Shown piece after piece: positions 9,619-19,136 of a stretch of DNA of 64,000 bases. The DNA lies in contig JAUIDY010000009.1 in NCBI GenBank assembly GCA_030428385.1, positions 23,655 through 87,654 of the forward strand, read 5' to 3'. Origin of the DNA: Rhodothermia bacterium (lineage in GTDB: Bacteria; Bacteroidota; Rhodothermia; Rhodothermales; JAAAOL01). Every line of letters starts with the position of its first letter. The stretch's first letter is position 1. The notes below the pieces were generated by a model that worked only from the letters and a program-made list of their open reading frames with translations, ran no database searches and was not told the DNA's origin. The position numbers were made by a program, and so were the translations under genes.

Positions 9619-9868
9619 TCTTTTACACCTACTTGCAGTGATAATATCAATTCTTCGGTTTACTTTTCGAATTAGCCCTTATTTTTGAATATTTGCGCAC
9701 ATCTGTATACTATTTTCCATTATACGCAGCGTCTAAGTATTGATATATAATCTATTTTCGTCAATAAATACTACAAATGACCGTTATTTGAGTTGTTTTT
9801 ACATATCCGCTTTTTACACCTGTAATACTTCGTATTTAAATGATCAACAAGACTTAGGAACCCTGCTA

Positions 9869-9975
9869 TCGTCATCACGAAGCTCCGCAGAAGCTGTGGT
9901 GCTCTCACCCCCCGCGGTGCTCTTTCGTATCGGGGTAAGATCGCCACGTTGCCTTCGGCTCCTCGCGATGACGAG
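9869..9975. repeat. Intergenic hairpin repeat, family A, copy 1
   Basis: Shares the frame GTCATCACGAAG...CTGTGGT...CTCACCCC...GGGGT.AGATCGCCACGT.GCCT..GGCTCCTCGCGATGACGAG with 61262-61368 and, inverted, with 51371-51462. Confidence 0.8.
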
Positions 9976-10138
9976 TGGGGGCGTGCGCCCATCCTGAGAC
10001 GTAGCAACGCTACGGGTTAGCATGACGCTGAAATGAGGCGTTGTGCTAGTTCCAACAAAGGAGATCTCTCCTCGCGTAGCCTGTGCTGAACTTGATTCAG
10101 TGCTCGTCGAGATGACAAGAACGGATGTTCGGGTAGTC

Positions 10139-11329
10139 CTAGCGGTCAAACAAGGTCGGATTGTGCGCCCGGTCGGCGAGGGCTCCGATGAGGCGGCGGT
10201 TGGCGCGAGGGAAGGCAAAGTCATCTAGCTCCTCGGCCCAAACCCAGCGGATCGGCTGCCCTTCCCGGGGCGTGGGTGTGCCCTGCTTGAGGCGGCAGCG
10301 AAAGGCATGCAGCGTCACTTTAAGGTGTGTGTAGGTGTGGTTGACCCGGTGAAACAGGTCGACGATTTCCACTTCAATGCCGAGTTCTTCGCGAAGCTCG
10401 CGGCGACACGTTTCGTTCAGGGTTTCCCCTGCCTCTTGCTTGCCGCCCGGAAACTCCCACAATCCGCCCAGCATCTTGTCCTCGGGGCGGCGCTGGATGA
10501 GCAGGCGGCCCGCGTCATCAAACACCAGCCCAATAGCGATGTCGAAGTGCGGCACGGGCGGTTTCTTTTTTTTGACCGGGAATGCTTCGGGCGTCCCCTT
10601 GGCGGACGCGGCACAAACCGTGTGTAAAGGACACGTCGGACATGAAGGTGCCGAGGGCGAACACACCATCGCGCCCAGTTCCATCATCGCCTCGTTGAAG
10701 TCGCCGGGATGCGCGGGTTCAAGCAAGGCGTCCGCGAGGGCTTGCAAGGCCTTGCGGGTGCGGCTGCTGGAAATGTCGTCGGCAAGGGCAAACACCCGCG
10801 TCAGCACGCGCATGACGTTGCCATCCAGCACCGCGTGCGGGCGGCCATAGGCGATGGAAAGCACCGCGGCGGCGGTATACGGCCCGATGCCCGGCAGCGT
10901 GATGATGTCGTCGTAGGTATCGGGCACCGTGCCGCCGAACACCTCCACCACCCGCTTCGCCGCCTTGTGCAGGTTGCGGGCGCGGGAGTAATAGCCCAAT
11001 CCTTCCCACCGCAGCAGCACGGTATCCAGTGGGGCAGCGGCCAGCGCCTCCACCGTGGGAAATGCCTCGGTGAACCGCTCGTAATACGGCCACGCCTGAT
11101 CCACGCGGGTCTGCTGAAGCATAATCTCCGACAGCCAGATGCGGTACGGGTCATCGGTGCGCCGCCACGGCATGTCGCGCTTGACGGAGGCGAACCATGT
11201 CAGCAGATCCTGCCGGAAGGCGCGTTGATGCGCGTTGGTGAGGGCGTCTACGTAGGGAAGGATGGGCGTGTGGGGGTATGGGAGGGTGGGTGTGGGAGAA
11301 AGGGTAGCTGTTTTTCCTTCGAGACGCAA
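10139..11329 (-). CDS. mutY: A/G-specific adenine DNA glycosylase MutY (with C-terminal NUDIX-like domain)
   Basis: PYRIWLSEIMLQQTRV, the HhH-GPD region LPGIGPYTAAAV, a C-x6-C-x2-C-x5-C FeS loop (CSPSAPSCPTCPLHTVC), and a MutT-like C-terminus (GGLWEFPGGK). Confidence 0.92.
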   Translation of the reverse strand: MRLEGKTATLSPTPTLPYPHTPILPYVDALTNAHQRAFRQDLLTWFASVKRDMPWRRTDDPYRIWLSEIMLQQTRVDQAWPYYERFTEAFPTVEALAAAPLDTVLLRWEGLGYYSRARNLHKAAKRVVEVFGGTVPDTYDDIITLPGIGPYTAAAVLSIAYGRPHAVLDGNVMRVLTRVFALADDISSSRTRKALQALADALLEPAHPGDFNEAMMELGAMVCSPSAPSCPTCPLHTVCAASAKGTPEAFPVKKKKPPVPHFDIAIGLVFDDAGRLLIQRRPEDKMLGGLWEFPGGKQEAGETLNETCRRELREELGIEVEIVDLFHRVNHTYTHLKVTLHAFRCRLKQGTPTPREGQPIRWVWAEELDDFAFPRANRRLIGALADRAHNPTLFDR

Positions 11330-11382
11330 TCAGATCCTGCGTCGATGCACATTTACCCCGGCTGGGTGGTATAACCAGCACA

Positions 11383-13173
11383 TTGCCGGAAACTGCCTTT
11401 CCCTTTTTGCGATTTATTGCTCCACATATCCTGCTGCTGATTGGTCTGTTCCTGCCTTTGCCGGGGGCATGGGCACAATCACCCAGCGATTCGTCATCTA
11501 CGCCAGCGTGGACCTTAATCGCCGATGGTGAGGAGGTTGCCTGGCCGCTGGAGGCTTCGTATCCCGCCGACAGCCTCGCGGTGGTCGCCCGAAAGATCTT
11601 GCACCTCTTCCAACGAGAGGGCTTCTACTACGCAGAGATCGACTCGGCAACGATCGACACGACGCAGACGCCCCTTGCGGCTGCGCTGTTTGCCACCCGT
11701 GGCGAGGCGGTGGCGTTGGGCGAACTGGCGATAACAGGCGCGACAGCGCTGGACTCGCTAGCGCTGCTGCGGCTGATGGACACCCGTCCGGGACGCCCCC
11801 TCGACGCCGAGCGGTTGGAGACAGACATCGACGCCCTCTTACAGCAGTACGAAGCCGCGGGGCTGCCGCTGGCCCGCATCCGCATCGACAACGTGGAGCA
11901 AATGGCCCAGGCTCCCTCCCAACTCCGCCTGACCTTGGATGTATACGAAGGCCGCACGCTGACGCTGGAACGGGTGCAGTTGCACGGTGCCGAACGCACC
12001 AAAGTACCCTATGCGATGCGCGTCGCCGGGCTGCGCAACGGGCAGTCGCTCACCGGGTACGACCCCGTTGAGATCCAGCGAAGGCTGGAAGCCACGGGCT
12101 TTTTCCGCAGCGTAGACGTGCCCGAACTGCTAATCCGCGCCGACACCGCCGCGACGATCCGCATCCCCGTAGTGGAAGAAGCCCCCGGCGCGTTCGACCT
12201 CGTGCTGGGTTATGTGCCTTCGCAAGGGACGGGCACGATGCAAGGCGGGCTGGTGGGCAACGGCCACTTGACCCTGCGCAACCTGTTCGGTGGCGGTCGC
12301 GTGCTGGCGCTTAAGCTGAACCGGCTGCCGGGCAGCATCAGCAGCGTCGATGTGCGGGCCGCCGATCCGTTTATCGCGGGCTTTCCGTTTCGGCTGGAGA
12401 CGCGGTTTGCCGGGATTCAGCAAGACTCCACCTACGGGCAGCAGCGCTACGCCGTGGAGGCGGGTTATCGGTTTGGGCAGGACGTAGAAATTTTCAGCAC
12501 CCTGAGCCGCGAGCAAACCAAACCGGGACAGGCCGGACTCCGGCTGATTGGCGGGCGGCAACGTATCGCCCGAAGTACAGGGCTTTTCTATGGCCTCGGA
12601 ATGCGCTTCGAGCGGCTGGACCGCCTCTACAATCCCCGCCGGGGACTTCTGGCCGAAACCAACGTCGAGCGCGGGCGCAAGGAACGCACCACCCGCCGCA
12701 CCATCGAGGCCGACTCCCTCATCACCGAGACGACATTCCTCCGGCAGGAGCGGTTGCGAGCAACGCTGCGGGGCTACCTCCCCACCTTTGCGCGGCAAGT
12801 GCTCGTCCTCGGCGGCGAGGCGCAGGTGCTGCTCAGCAATGAATACGACGCCAGCGACCTGTACCGCTTTGGCGGCGCGACGTCGCTGCGGGGCTACAAC
12901 GAGGAGCAGTTTCTCGGCCGCGCCGTGGGCCGCGTCTTCACCGAATACCGCTATCAGCTCGACCGCACCTCTTACGCCTTTGTGTTTTTCGACCTTGGCT
13001 ACGAAGAGCGCCCCGCCATCGAAGACCAGCCGTCGCAGCGCGGCTTCCATCCCGGCTATGGCCTCGGCGCACAGGTCGGCACCGACCTCGGCCTCATCAC
13101 CTTCACCCTCGCCAGCAACCCCGAAGACCCCGACGGCGTGCGTGTGCATCTGGGCCTGTCGATTGGGCTTTGA
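11383..13173 (+). CDS. BamA/TamA-family outer-membrane protein (POTRA + surface-antigen barrel)
   Basis: TTG start in the ORF track and a signal peptide. POTRA-like repeats are followed by a barrel with motifs typical of the bacterial surface antigen (D15) family (RGY..., GLSIGL end). Confidence 0.75.
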   Translation: MPETAFPFLRFIAPHILLLIGLFLPLPGAWAQSPSDSSSTPAWTLIADGEEVAWPLEASYPADSLAVVARKILHLFQREGFYYAEIDSATIDTTQTPLAAALFATRGEAVALGELAITGATALDSLALLRLMDTRPGRPLDAERLETDIDALLQQYEAAGLPLARIRIDNVEQMAQAPSQLRLTLDVYEGRTLTLERVQLHGAERTKVPYAMRVAGLRNGQSLTGYDPVEIQRRLEATGFFRSVDVPELLIRADTAATIRIPVVEEAPGAFDLVLGYVPSQGTGTMQGGLVGNGHLTLRNLFGGGRVLALKLNRLPGSISSVDVRAADPFIAGFPFRLETRFAGIQQDSTYGQQRYAVEAGYRFGQDVEIFSTLSREQTKPGQAGLRLIGGRQRIARSTGLFYGLGMRFERLDRLYNPRRGLLAETNVERGRKERTTRRTIEADSLITETTFLRQERLRATLRGYLPTFARQVLVLGGEAQVLLSNEYDASDLYRFGGATSLRGYNEEQFLGRAVGRVFTEYRYQLDRTSYAFVFFDLGYEERPAIEDQPSQRGFHPGYGLGAQVGTDLGLITFTLASNPEDPDGVRVHLGLSIGL

Positions 13174-13280
13174 GACGTGATAGGGAATGGGGTTTGGGGA
13201 ATGGGGAGTTGATCGTTGTCGATTCCGGAAAGTGATTGGTCCTTTTTCGGGGTTCAAGAATACAGGGTTTCTCCCAAACT

Positions 13281-13380
13281 CCTCCCTTGAGGGAGGTGGC
13301 CGAGTGGGAGGCGAGGTCGGAGGGTGTTCATCCGTTCCACACACCCCCAGCCTCTTCGAGGCAGCCCCCTCAAGGGGGCG
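13281..13380. repeat. Intergenic multi-hairpin repeat, family C, copy 1
   Basis: CTCCCTTGAGGGAGGTGGCCGAG...GGAGGGTGT...ACACCCC..GCCTCTTCGAGGC..CCCCCTCAAGGGGG. Related copies lie at 34351-34445 and, inverted, at 51481-51560 and 45612-45655. Confidence 0.8.
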
Positions 13381-13611
13381 GTTGACTGGTTTTCTCGTCA
13401 ATCCCAAAACGAATACACCTACTTCAAAATGACGGAGGATCCCCAACTTTCTCCTCTACCGAACGCACGTGAGAAAGTAATCGAGAGGTTGATTCAGGCG
13501 TGTACCCAAAGACCAGAAGATGAAACTCGTCCAAGTTTTTCTTCTGCTCATTGCATTTTTAGCCTTGGCTAAATATATTTTTACTAATCTATTTCCCGAC
13601 TTCTCTGCTGC

Positions 13612-15870
13612 ATGCACATGCATTCCTTATATCGTTCCCTTTCAATTATCGTCCTGCTTTGCCTGACGCCGGGCCTTGCCCTTGCGCAAGGCATTCTCAC
13701 CGGGCATGTTACCACCGATGGCGCGGCCGTGCCGTTTGCGTCTGTCGGGGTGAAGGGCACCACCCTCGGCACGGTGGCCAACATGGACGGCGTCTACCGG
13801 CTTGAACTGGCCGCTGGAAGCTACACGCTGGTGGCTTCAGCGGTGGGGTATCGCACGACGGAAGCGACGGTAACCATCACCGATGACGCTACCGCAACGG
13901 TCGATTTTGCGCTGGAAGAAGTGGTGCTCGAAAGCGACGGCATCACGGTGACGGGCACGCTCGTGGAGACGTTTGTTGCGGAATCGCCCGTGAAGGTCAG
14001 TGTCATCTCGCCGCGCTATCTGGAGAAAATCCCGACGGCGAACGTGATGGAAGTGCTCGAAAACGTCAACGGGCTCTATCAGCAGGTCGACTGTGCGGTG
14101 TGCGGCACCAACAACATCCGCATCAACGGCATGGACGGGCCGTACACGGCCGTGCTGATCGACGGGATGCCGATTATGAGCAGCCTCGCCACGGTCTACG
14201 GGCTCAACGGCATCAGCCCCGGGCTCATCCAGCAGGTCGAGGTGATCAAAGGGCCGATGTCGACGCTCTATGGCAGCGAAGCGATGGGCGGCGTCATCAA
14301 CATCATCACCAAAAACCCGCGCCTCGCCAACACGGTGTCGGTGAACACCTTCGGCACCAGCGACGCCGAGTATGCGATGGACCTCGGCGTGGTGCCCACA
14401 CGCGGGCGGCTGGCGACGCTGCTCTCGGGCACGCTGTTTTACAACAACCGCTTCCTCGACGACAACGCCGACGACTTCGCCGACCTGACGCTGAATACCC
14501 GCGCCTCGCTCTTCACCAAAGCCTCGCTGAGCGACCGCAACGGTCTGCCGCAAGCCGACCTCTCGGCGCGGTACTATTACGAAGACCGCCTTGGCGGGAC
14601 GCAGGGGTTTATCGACGCGTTTTCGGATGATTTGCGTGGCTCGGACCAGTTGTATGGCGAGACCATTCGGACGCACCGCGTGGAAGTGGTCGGGCGCTAC
14701 CACCTGCTTCCGCGTGAAGGCGTAAAGCTCGACGTGGCGTTTAACCACCACGACCAAGACAGCTATTACGGCGCCGACAGCTACCAGGCCAAACAAACCA
14801 CCGGCTTTGCCCAACTGACGTGGCCGATGCGCTTCGGCAGCCGCCACTCTACGCTGCTGGGCGGGGCATTGCGGGCGCAGCGCTACGACGACAACACCGT
14901 CGCCACGGGTACCTTCAACGAAGCAGGCCAGGAAATCGCCAACAACCCCGACGATCGGTTCATCCCCGGCGTGTTTGTGCAGCACGAATGGGTAACATCC
15001 GAGGCGGTGCGGCTGCTGGCGGGGGCTCGCGTTGATTATCAGCAAGACTACGGCCTGATCCCATCGCCGCGCCTGAGCATGAAGTACAGCCCCAGCGAAA
15101 ACACCACCCTGCGGCTAAACGGCGGCACCGGCTTCCGCATCGTCAACCTGTTCACCGAGGATCACGCCGCCTACACCGGCTCGCGGGCTACGGTGCTACT
15201 GGAAGACCTTGAGCCCGAGCGCTCGGTGAGTGGCACCGCCAGCCTGCGCCACATCCTTCCGTTCGGCGCGAACCCGCTGACGGTGGATCTCGAAGGCTTC
15301 TACACGTATTTCACCAACAAAATCGAACCCGACTACGAACAGCCCGGCTTCATCGTCTACCAGAACCTCGACGGCTCGGCGACAACGCGCGGCGTCTCGC
15401 TGACGGTTTCGCAGTCGTTCACGCGTTTGCCGCTCACCTACACCGTGGGCGGGACGCTGATGGACGTGTTTGTGGATGACGACGCCGGCACGCGTGCACC
15501 GCTGGAATTCGCGCCCGACTTCCAGGGCGTGGCGAACGCGTCCTACCAATTCCCACGCGGCTGGGCAGTGGACTACACGATGAACCTGACCGGCCCGATG
15601 AAGATGCCCGAGTACGACGCGCCCTTCGAGCGCCCGTCGACGTCGCCGACGTTTAGCCTCCACAACCTACAAATCACCAAAGACATCCGCCTGCCGGAAG
15701 GCGCGTTGTTGCAAGCCTACCTCGCCGTGGAAAACCTCTTTGGCTACACGCAGGCCGCGCCCCTCATCGACCCCGCCAACCCGTTCGGCCCGCACTTCGA
15801 CACGGCGTACGTCTACGGCCCGATCCACGGGCGGTGCACGGGCGTCGGGCTCCGCGTGACGCGGCGGTAG
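13612..15870 (+). CDS. TonB-dependent receptor with N-terminal carboxypeptidase-regulatory-like domain
   Basis: Signal peptide, a CarbopepD_reg-like segment (GHVTTDGAAVPFASVGVKGT...GYR), a plug domain (IEVIKGPMSTLYGSEAMGGVINIITK), and a long barrel. Confidence 0.88.
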   Translation: MHMHSLYRSLSIIVLLCLTPGLALAQGILTGHVTTDGAAVPFASVGVKGTTLGTVANMDGVYRLELAAGSYTLVASAVGYRTTEATVTITDDATATVDFALEEVVLESDGITVTGTLVETFVAESPVKVSVISPRYLEKIPTANVMEVLENVNGLYQQVDCAVCGTNNIRINGMDGPYTAVLIDGMPIMSSLATVYGLNGISPGLIQQVEVIKGPMSTLYGSEAMGGVINIITKNPRLANTVSVNTFGTSDAEYAMDLGVVPTRGRLATLLSGTLFYNNRFLDDNADDFADLTLNTRASLFTKASLSDRNGLPQADLSARYYYEDRLGGTQGFIDAFSDDLRGSDQLYGETIRTHRVEVVGRYHLLPREGVKLDVAFNHHDQDSYYGADSYQAKQTTGFAQLTWPMRFGSRHSTLLGGALRAQRYDDNTVATGTFNEAGQEIANNPDDRFIPGVFVQHEWVTSEAVRLLAGARVDYQQDYGLIPSPRLSMKYSPSENTTLRLNGGTGFRIVNLFTEDHAAYTGSRATVLLEDLEPERSVSGTASLRHILPFGANPLTVDLEGFYTYFTNKIEPDYEQPGFIVYQNLDGSATTRGVSLTVSQSFTRLPLTYTVGGTLMDVFVDDDAGTRAPLEFAPDFQGVANASYQFPRGWAVDYTMNLTGPMKMPEYDAPFERPSTSPTFSLHNLQITKDIRLPEGALLQAYLAVENLFGYTQAAPLIDPANPFGPHFDTAYVYGPIHGRCTGVGLRVTRR

Positions 15871-15878
15871 ACAGGCAG

Positions 15879-17150
15879 CTATCTCCCTCGCCGTGCCAAC
15901 AGGCGTTCGGGGTAAAAAACCGCCTGGATCAGGTTGTATTCCAGTTGGCTGAAGGCGAACCGCTTTCCTTCTACCTCGAAGAACGCATTCGGATACCAGC
16001 GGAGATTCGTCCGCAGGATGAGGAATTCGTCGGTCTTGCCGGGCAAGATGTCCCAGCCAAACGTAAGGCCCGGATTTATTTTGGTGGCGGTTAAGGCGGT
16101 GTGCCCGAGGGCATCTTCTTCGTCATATTCCACCCGGTCGTAGGCCACGTTGAGGCCCACGTACGGCGCAAAGCCGGTGAAATCGAACAGGAACTTGTTG
16201 ACCTCAAACGCCAGCGAGGTTTTCTGAATGGTTTGGGTGACGCCGTAGGCCGCATTCTCGAAGCGCGGATTCCGAAACGAGAAGGCCGCAAACACCCCCG
16301 CTTTGTTGAGTTGATAGCCCAACGCGAGGTCGAAGTACGGATCGGAGGCCTGCTTCTCGTTTAAGAAGGCGAATTCATCCGTGTTGTACTCCGACGCCGC
16401 CAGGCTAAACGAATTGGACGGCCCCGCCCCGATGAAAAAATTGCCCCGGCGGCTGGCATGGGACCCCAGCCGAGAAAACGTGCCATAGCTGTTCCACCGT
16501 TCCGTAGTGGCTGGGTTGCTGCTTGTGGATCGCTCCATTGCATAGATGATCCCGAACTGCACGCTGAAGGAAGGCGTTTTGATGGTTTCAGCATGGGTGC
16601 GCGACAGGGCATAGTCCCACGTGTGATCGGGGTAATAGCTCACCCCCAGCCGGGCCGCCACTGGCCCCACGCCATACAGCACCCCGGCATCGGGCACCCA
16701 GACAAAATTCTTCTGGTACACCGGCTGGTCGTCTGCGGGCTTGACGATCTGCTTAAAATCGAGGGCCGACCAACTGAGGCCGACATACGGACGGAGTTTT
16801 TTCTCCCGGAATGCCCACGGCAAAAACCGCGCGCCCGTCACCGCCGCATGCGTCAACGCATAATCCGTGGTTTCATTCGGCGAAAGCTGGTGCTGATACA
16901 GCGGGAACGACACGTAAAATTCCCCATGCCCCCAGAAATGAAAGCCGCCCCAGTAGAGCATGGCGTTCATCGAGGCGGGATGTTCAAAGGCAATCGATTC
17001 GTTGTCGGAAAGTCGTTGGCCGGTAAACGAGGGGAAATAGCTGCCGCCCACTTCGAAGTAGGTCTTGGCAAAATCGAGGCGGGTGTGTTCTTGGCCCAGG
17101 GCCGTCATAGCCTGCATGCAGAGAAGCAGCAGGAGCATTCCTTTTTTCAT
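15879..17150 (-). CDS. Outer-membrane beta-barrel-type hypothetical protein
   Basis: Signal peptide MKKGMLLLLLCMQAMTALGQ and an aromatic-rich alternating pattern. Convergent with the TonB receptor, with only 8 nt between the stops. Confidence 0.55.
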   Translation of the reverse strand: MKKGMLLLLLCMQAMTALGQEHTRLDFAKTYFEVGGSYFPSFTGQRLSDNESIAFEHPASMNAMLYWGGFHFWGHGEFYVSFPLYQHQLSPNETTDYALTHAAVTGARFLPWAFREKKLRPYVGLSWSALDFKQIVKPADDQPVYQKNFVWVPDAGVLYGVGPVAARLGVSYYPDHTWDYALSRTHAETIKTPSFSVQFGIIYAMERSTSSNPATTERWNSYGTFSRLGSHASRRGNFFIGAGPSNSFSLAASEYNTDEFAFLNEKQASDPYFDLALGYQLNKAGVFAAFSFRNPRFENAAYGVTQTIQKTSLAFEVNKFLFDFTGFAPYVGLNVAYDRVEYDEEDALGHTALTATKINPGLTFGWDILPGKTDEFLILRTNLRWYPNAFFEVEGKRFAFSQLEYNLIQAVFYPERLLARRGR

Positions 17151-17477
17151 GGAGGGGTGGGTTCAGCGGATGGGCGGCGCACGTGTCCCTTCGTAGTTGG
17201 CGGGAGGAGGCAACTAGGGCGCACCGCTACCGTGCGGTACAGTGATTTCCGATGCATCGCCACACGCCCTGGCGCGGCGCGGCCTCGTGAAAAACGAACG
17301 CCGCAAGGAAAGGCTTATTCAGATAGCCGCACCATCGAGAAAAGGGACCAAAACCCTCGGAAAAACGAATGTCATACAAAAGTATGAGGGCTCTATTGTT
17401 TTGTTTTACAAAAACTTATACAAAATATGATTCGAGACAATTCCAGCGCATATTCCTTTGCGTGTGGCTCTCTTTCC

Positions 17478-17561
17478 CGTCATCCCGAACGCATGTGAGG
17501 GATCTCGACGAGTGGAAATATTGCCTAACGACCAGATCTCTCTCTTACGTTCGGGATGACG
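17478..17561. repeat. Intergenic hairpin repeat, family B, copy 1
   Basis: Perfect 14-bp outer stem CGTCATCCCGAACG / CGTTCGGGATGACG enclosing an inner GAGGGATCT...AGATCTCTC pairing. Confidence 0.75.
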
Positions 17562-17628
17562 AGGGGGCAAATCGGACCATGTATCAAACGTCACCGAAAA
17601 AACGCCCTAATGCGGAGAGCAGGACGCC

Positions 17629-18489
17629 TTAGCCCGACAGCAGCGCAACGAGTTCGACCTTATTATTGACGCCCGCTTTTTTATAGATGTTGGAGACGTG
17701 TGTTTTGACGGTGGGCACGGAGATGAAGAGCGCTTCGGCGGTTTGTTTGTACGTCGCTCCTTTCACGAGGTGCTCGATCACTTCTTTCTCCCGCTCGGTA
17801 AAGCCGTAGTTCTTCAGTTGCTGGTCTTTGACGGTGTTTGCAGGCTTAAAAAGGGATAAACGCTGCATGTCATCCCAAATTTTCCCTCCGGCCAAGACGA
17901 TAAACAACAACGGGAACGTGAAGCCGATCCGGCTCTCAAACCCCCTGTTTTCTGCGAAATACGTTGCCGCCAACGAAAGGGGCAGCACAATCAGGCAGGC
18001 AAGCGCCGTCATGCGCTCGACACGTTCCCGGTGCGCCATCCGTGCATGCGGCGGGGTTTTCCGAATGAGGATCATCGCATAAACGACCGAGAGCCCCAAA
18101 TAAATGGCCACCACATATTGCATGATGCGCAGAAACCCCCACCCATAACCGATAAGAACGAGGGCCGCCAGCACCACGCCCAGTGCCACCATAGCCTGCC
18201 GCATGCGTGGCCCCACAGTGTGTCGCCGCTCCGCCCAGGTGTTCAACACCGTAGCCAGCCCCACCAGAATCATGGTGATCAGAAGAAAGGTGTTGACCGC
18301 TTCGGCCGCTTCGGCAAAGGCTGCAAAGTAGGTTAGCGTCAAGGCCACAATAAGCAGCAGCAGCGCACCCGTTAAAAAGAGGGTTTCCCACGTCTCTAAC
18401 TTGCGGGAATAGCAGATGAATCCAAGAAAAAGGGCAACGATGGTGAAGGTATAGGCCGCTATCAGAAGAATAAGTTCTAGGACTTCCAT
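17629..18489 (-). CDS. Membrane-embedded (about 7 TM) LuxR-family transcriptional regulator
   Basis: About seven hydrophobic helices are followed by a LuxR/GerE HTH (FTEREKEVIEHLVKGATYKQTAEALFISVPTVKTHVSNIYKK). Confidence 0.8.
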   Translation of the reverse strand: MEVLELILLIAAYTFTIVALFLGFICYSRKLETWETLFLTGALLLLIVALTLTYFAAFAEAAEAVNTFLLITMILVGLATVLNTWAERRHTVGPRMRQAMVALGVVLAALVLIGYGWGFLRIMQYVVAIYLGLSVVYAMILIRKTPPHARMAHRERVERMTALACLIVLPLSLAATYFAENRGFESRIGFTFPLLFIVLAGGKIWDDMQRLSLFKPANTVKDQQLKNYGFTEREKEVIEHLVKGATYKQTAEALFISVPTVKTHVSNIYKKAGVNNKVELVALLSG

Positions 18490-18614
18490 CGATCATTGAG
18501 GGTTGTTCGCCAGCCCCAAAATACAATCACAACCGTTGCGTTGAAGCACAGCTTCGAACGCCGTCGGTCATTTTGAACAATCTTCGCTGCTTGGGTGCTA
18601 CCGAGTTGTCCCAT

Positions 18615-19061
18615 CTACAGGCGCCATTCCATATCCACCCGATCCATGCCCGGCCCCCAACCATCGGCGGTGCGCCTTATTTCAACGGCTCCAAATCGCG
18701 CAAAAAACGGAGCCGACTTCTGGCTCGCAGCAATATCAATCTCCGCCAGGCCTTGTCCTCGGCCCACCTGGGCTGCTCGTTCCATCATTTGCCGTCCCAC
18801 CCCCCTTCCCCGCACCGTAGGGTCCAGCATAATCCAGGAAATTCGTCCGCGTTTCGCCTTGGCATGAACCTTCAGGCCGTACGCTCCCACAACGGCCTCG
18901 TCAAAAACACACACGGTATAAAAGCCTGGGTTGGAATCCAGGAATTGCGCATACTCGCTACGCTCGTTCGGCGCAAAATAGGCCGGACAGTTGGCATCGA
19001 ACACGCCAAGGCACGCCGCACGGTCGGCAGGCGCAAAAGAGCGAAAGGAAATAGCAGGCAT
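18615..19061 (-). CDS. GNAT-family N-acetyltransferase
   Basis: Start re-set to MPAISFRSF. Acetyl-CoA motif A-like VRGRGVGRQMMERA. About 148 aa. Confidence 0.75.
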   Translation of the reverse strand: MPAISFRSFAPADRAACLGVFDANCPAYFAPNERSEYAQFLDSNPGFYTVCVFDEAVVGAYGLKVHAKAKRGRISWIMLDPTVRGRGVGRQMMERAAQVGRGQGLAEIDIAASQKSAPFFARFGAVEIRRTADGWGPGMDRVDMEWRL

Positions 19062-19136
19062 GGCAACAGCAGAAAGGGAAGCCACCAATCTACTCCAACA
19101 CCCCACGGCAACAAAGCACGGATGTCGCCAAACGGC

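Noticed and set aside
12130-13446. A 438-aa minus-strand ORF overlapping the BamA-like gene and the family C repeat.
   Set aside because: It is antisense to a gene with clear OMP features. Part of it is a translation of the intergenic repeat, and it has no motifs.
13837-15045. A 402-aa minus-strand ORF inside the TonB-receptor locus.
   Set aside because: It is a shadow ORF. The + strand product has plug and barrel motifs.
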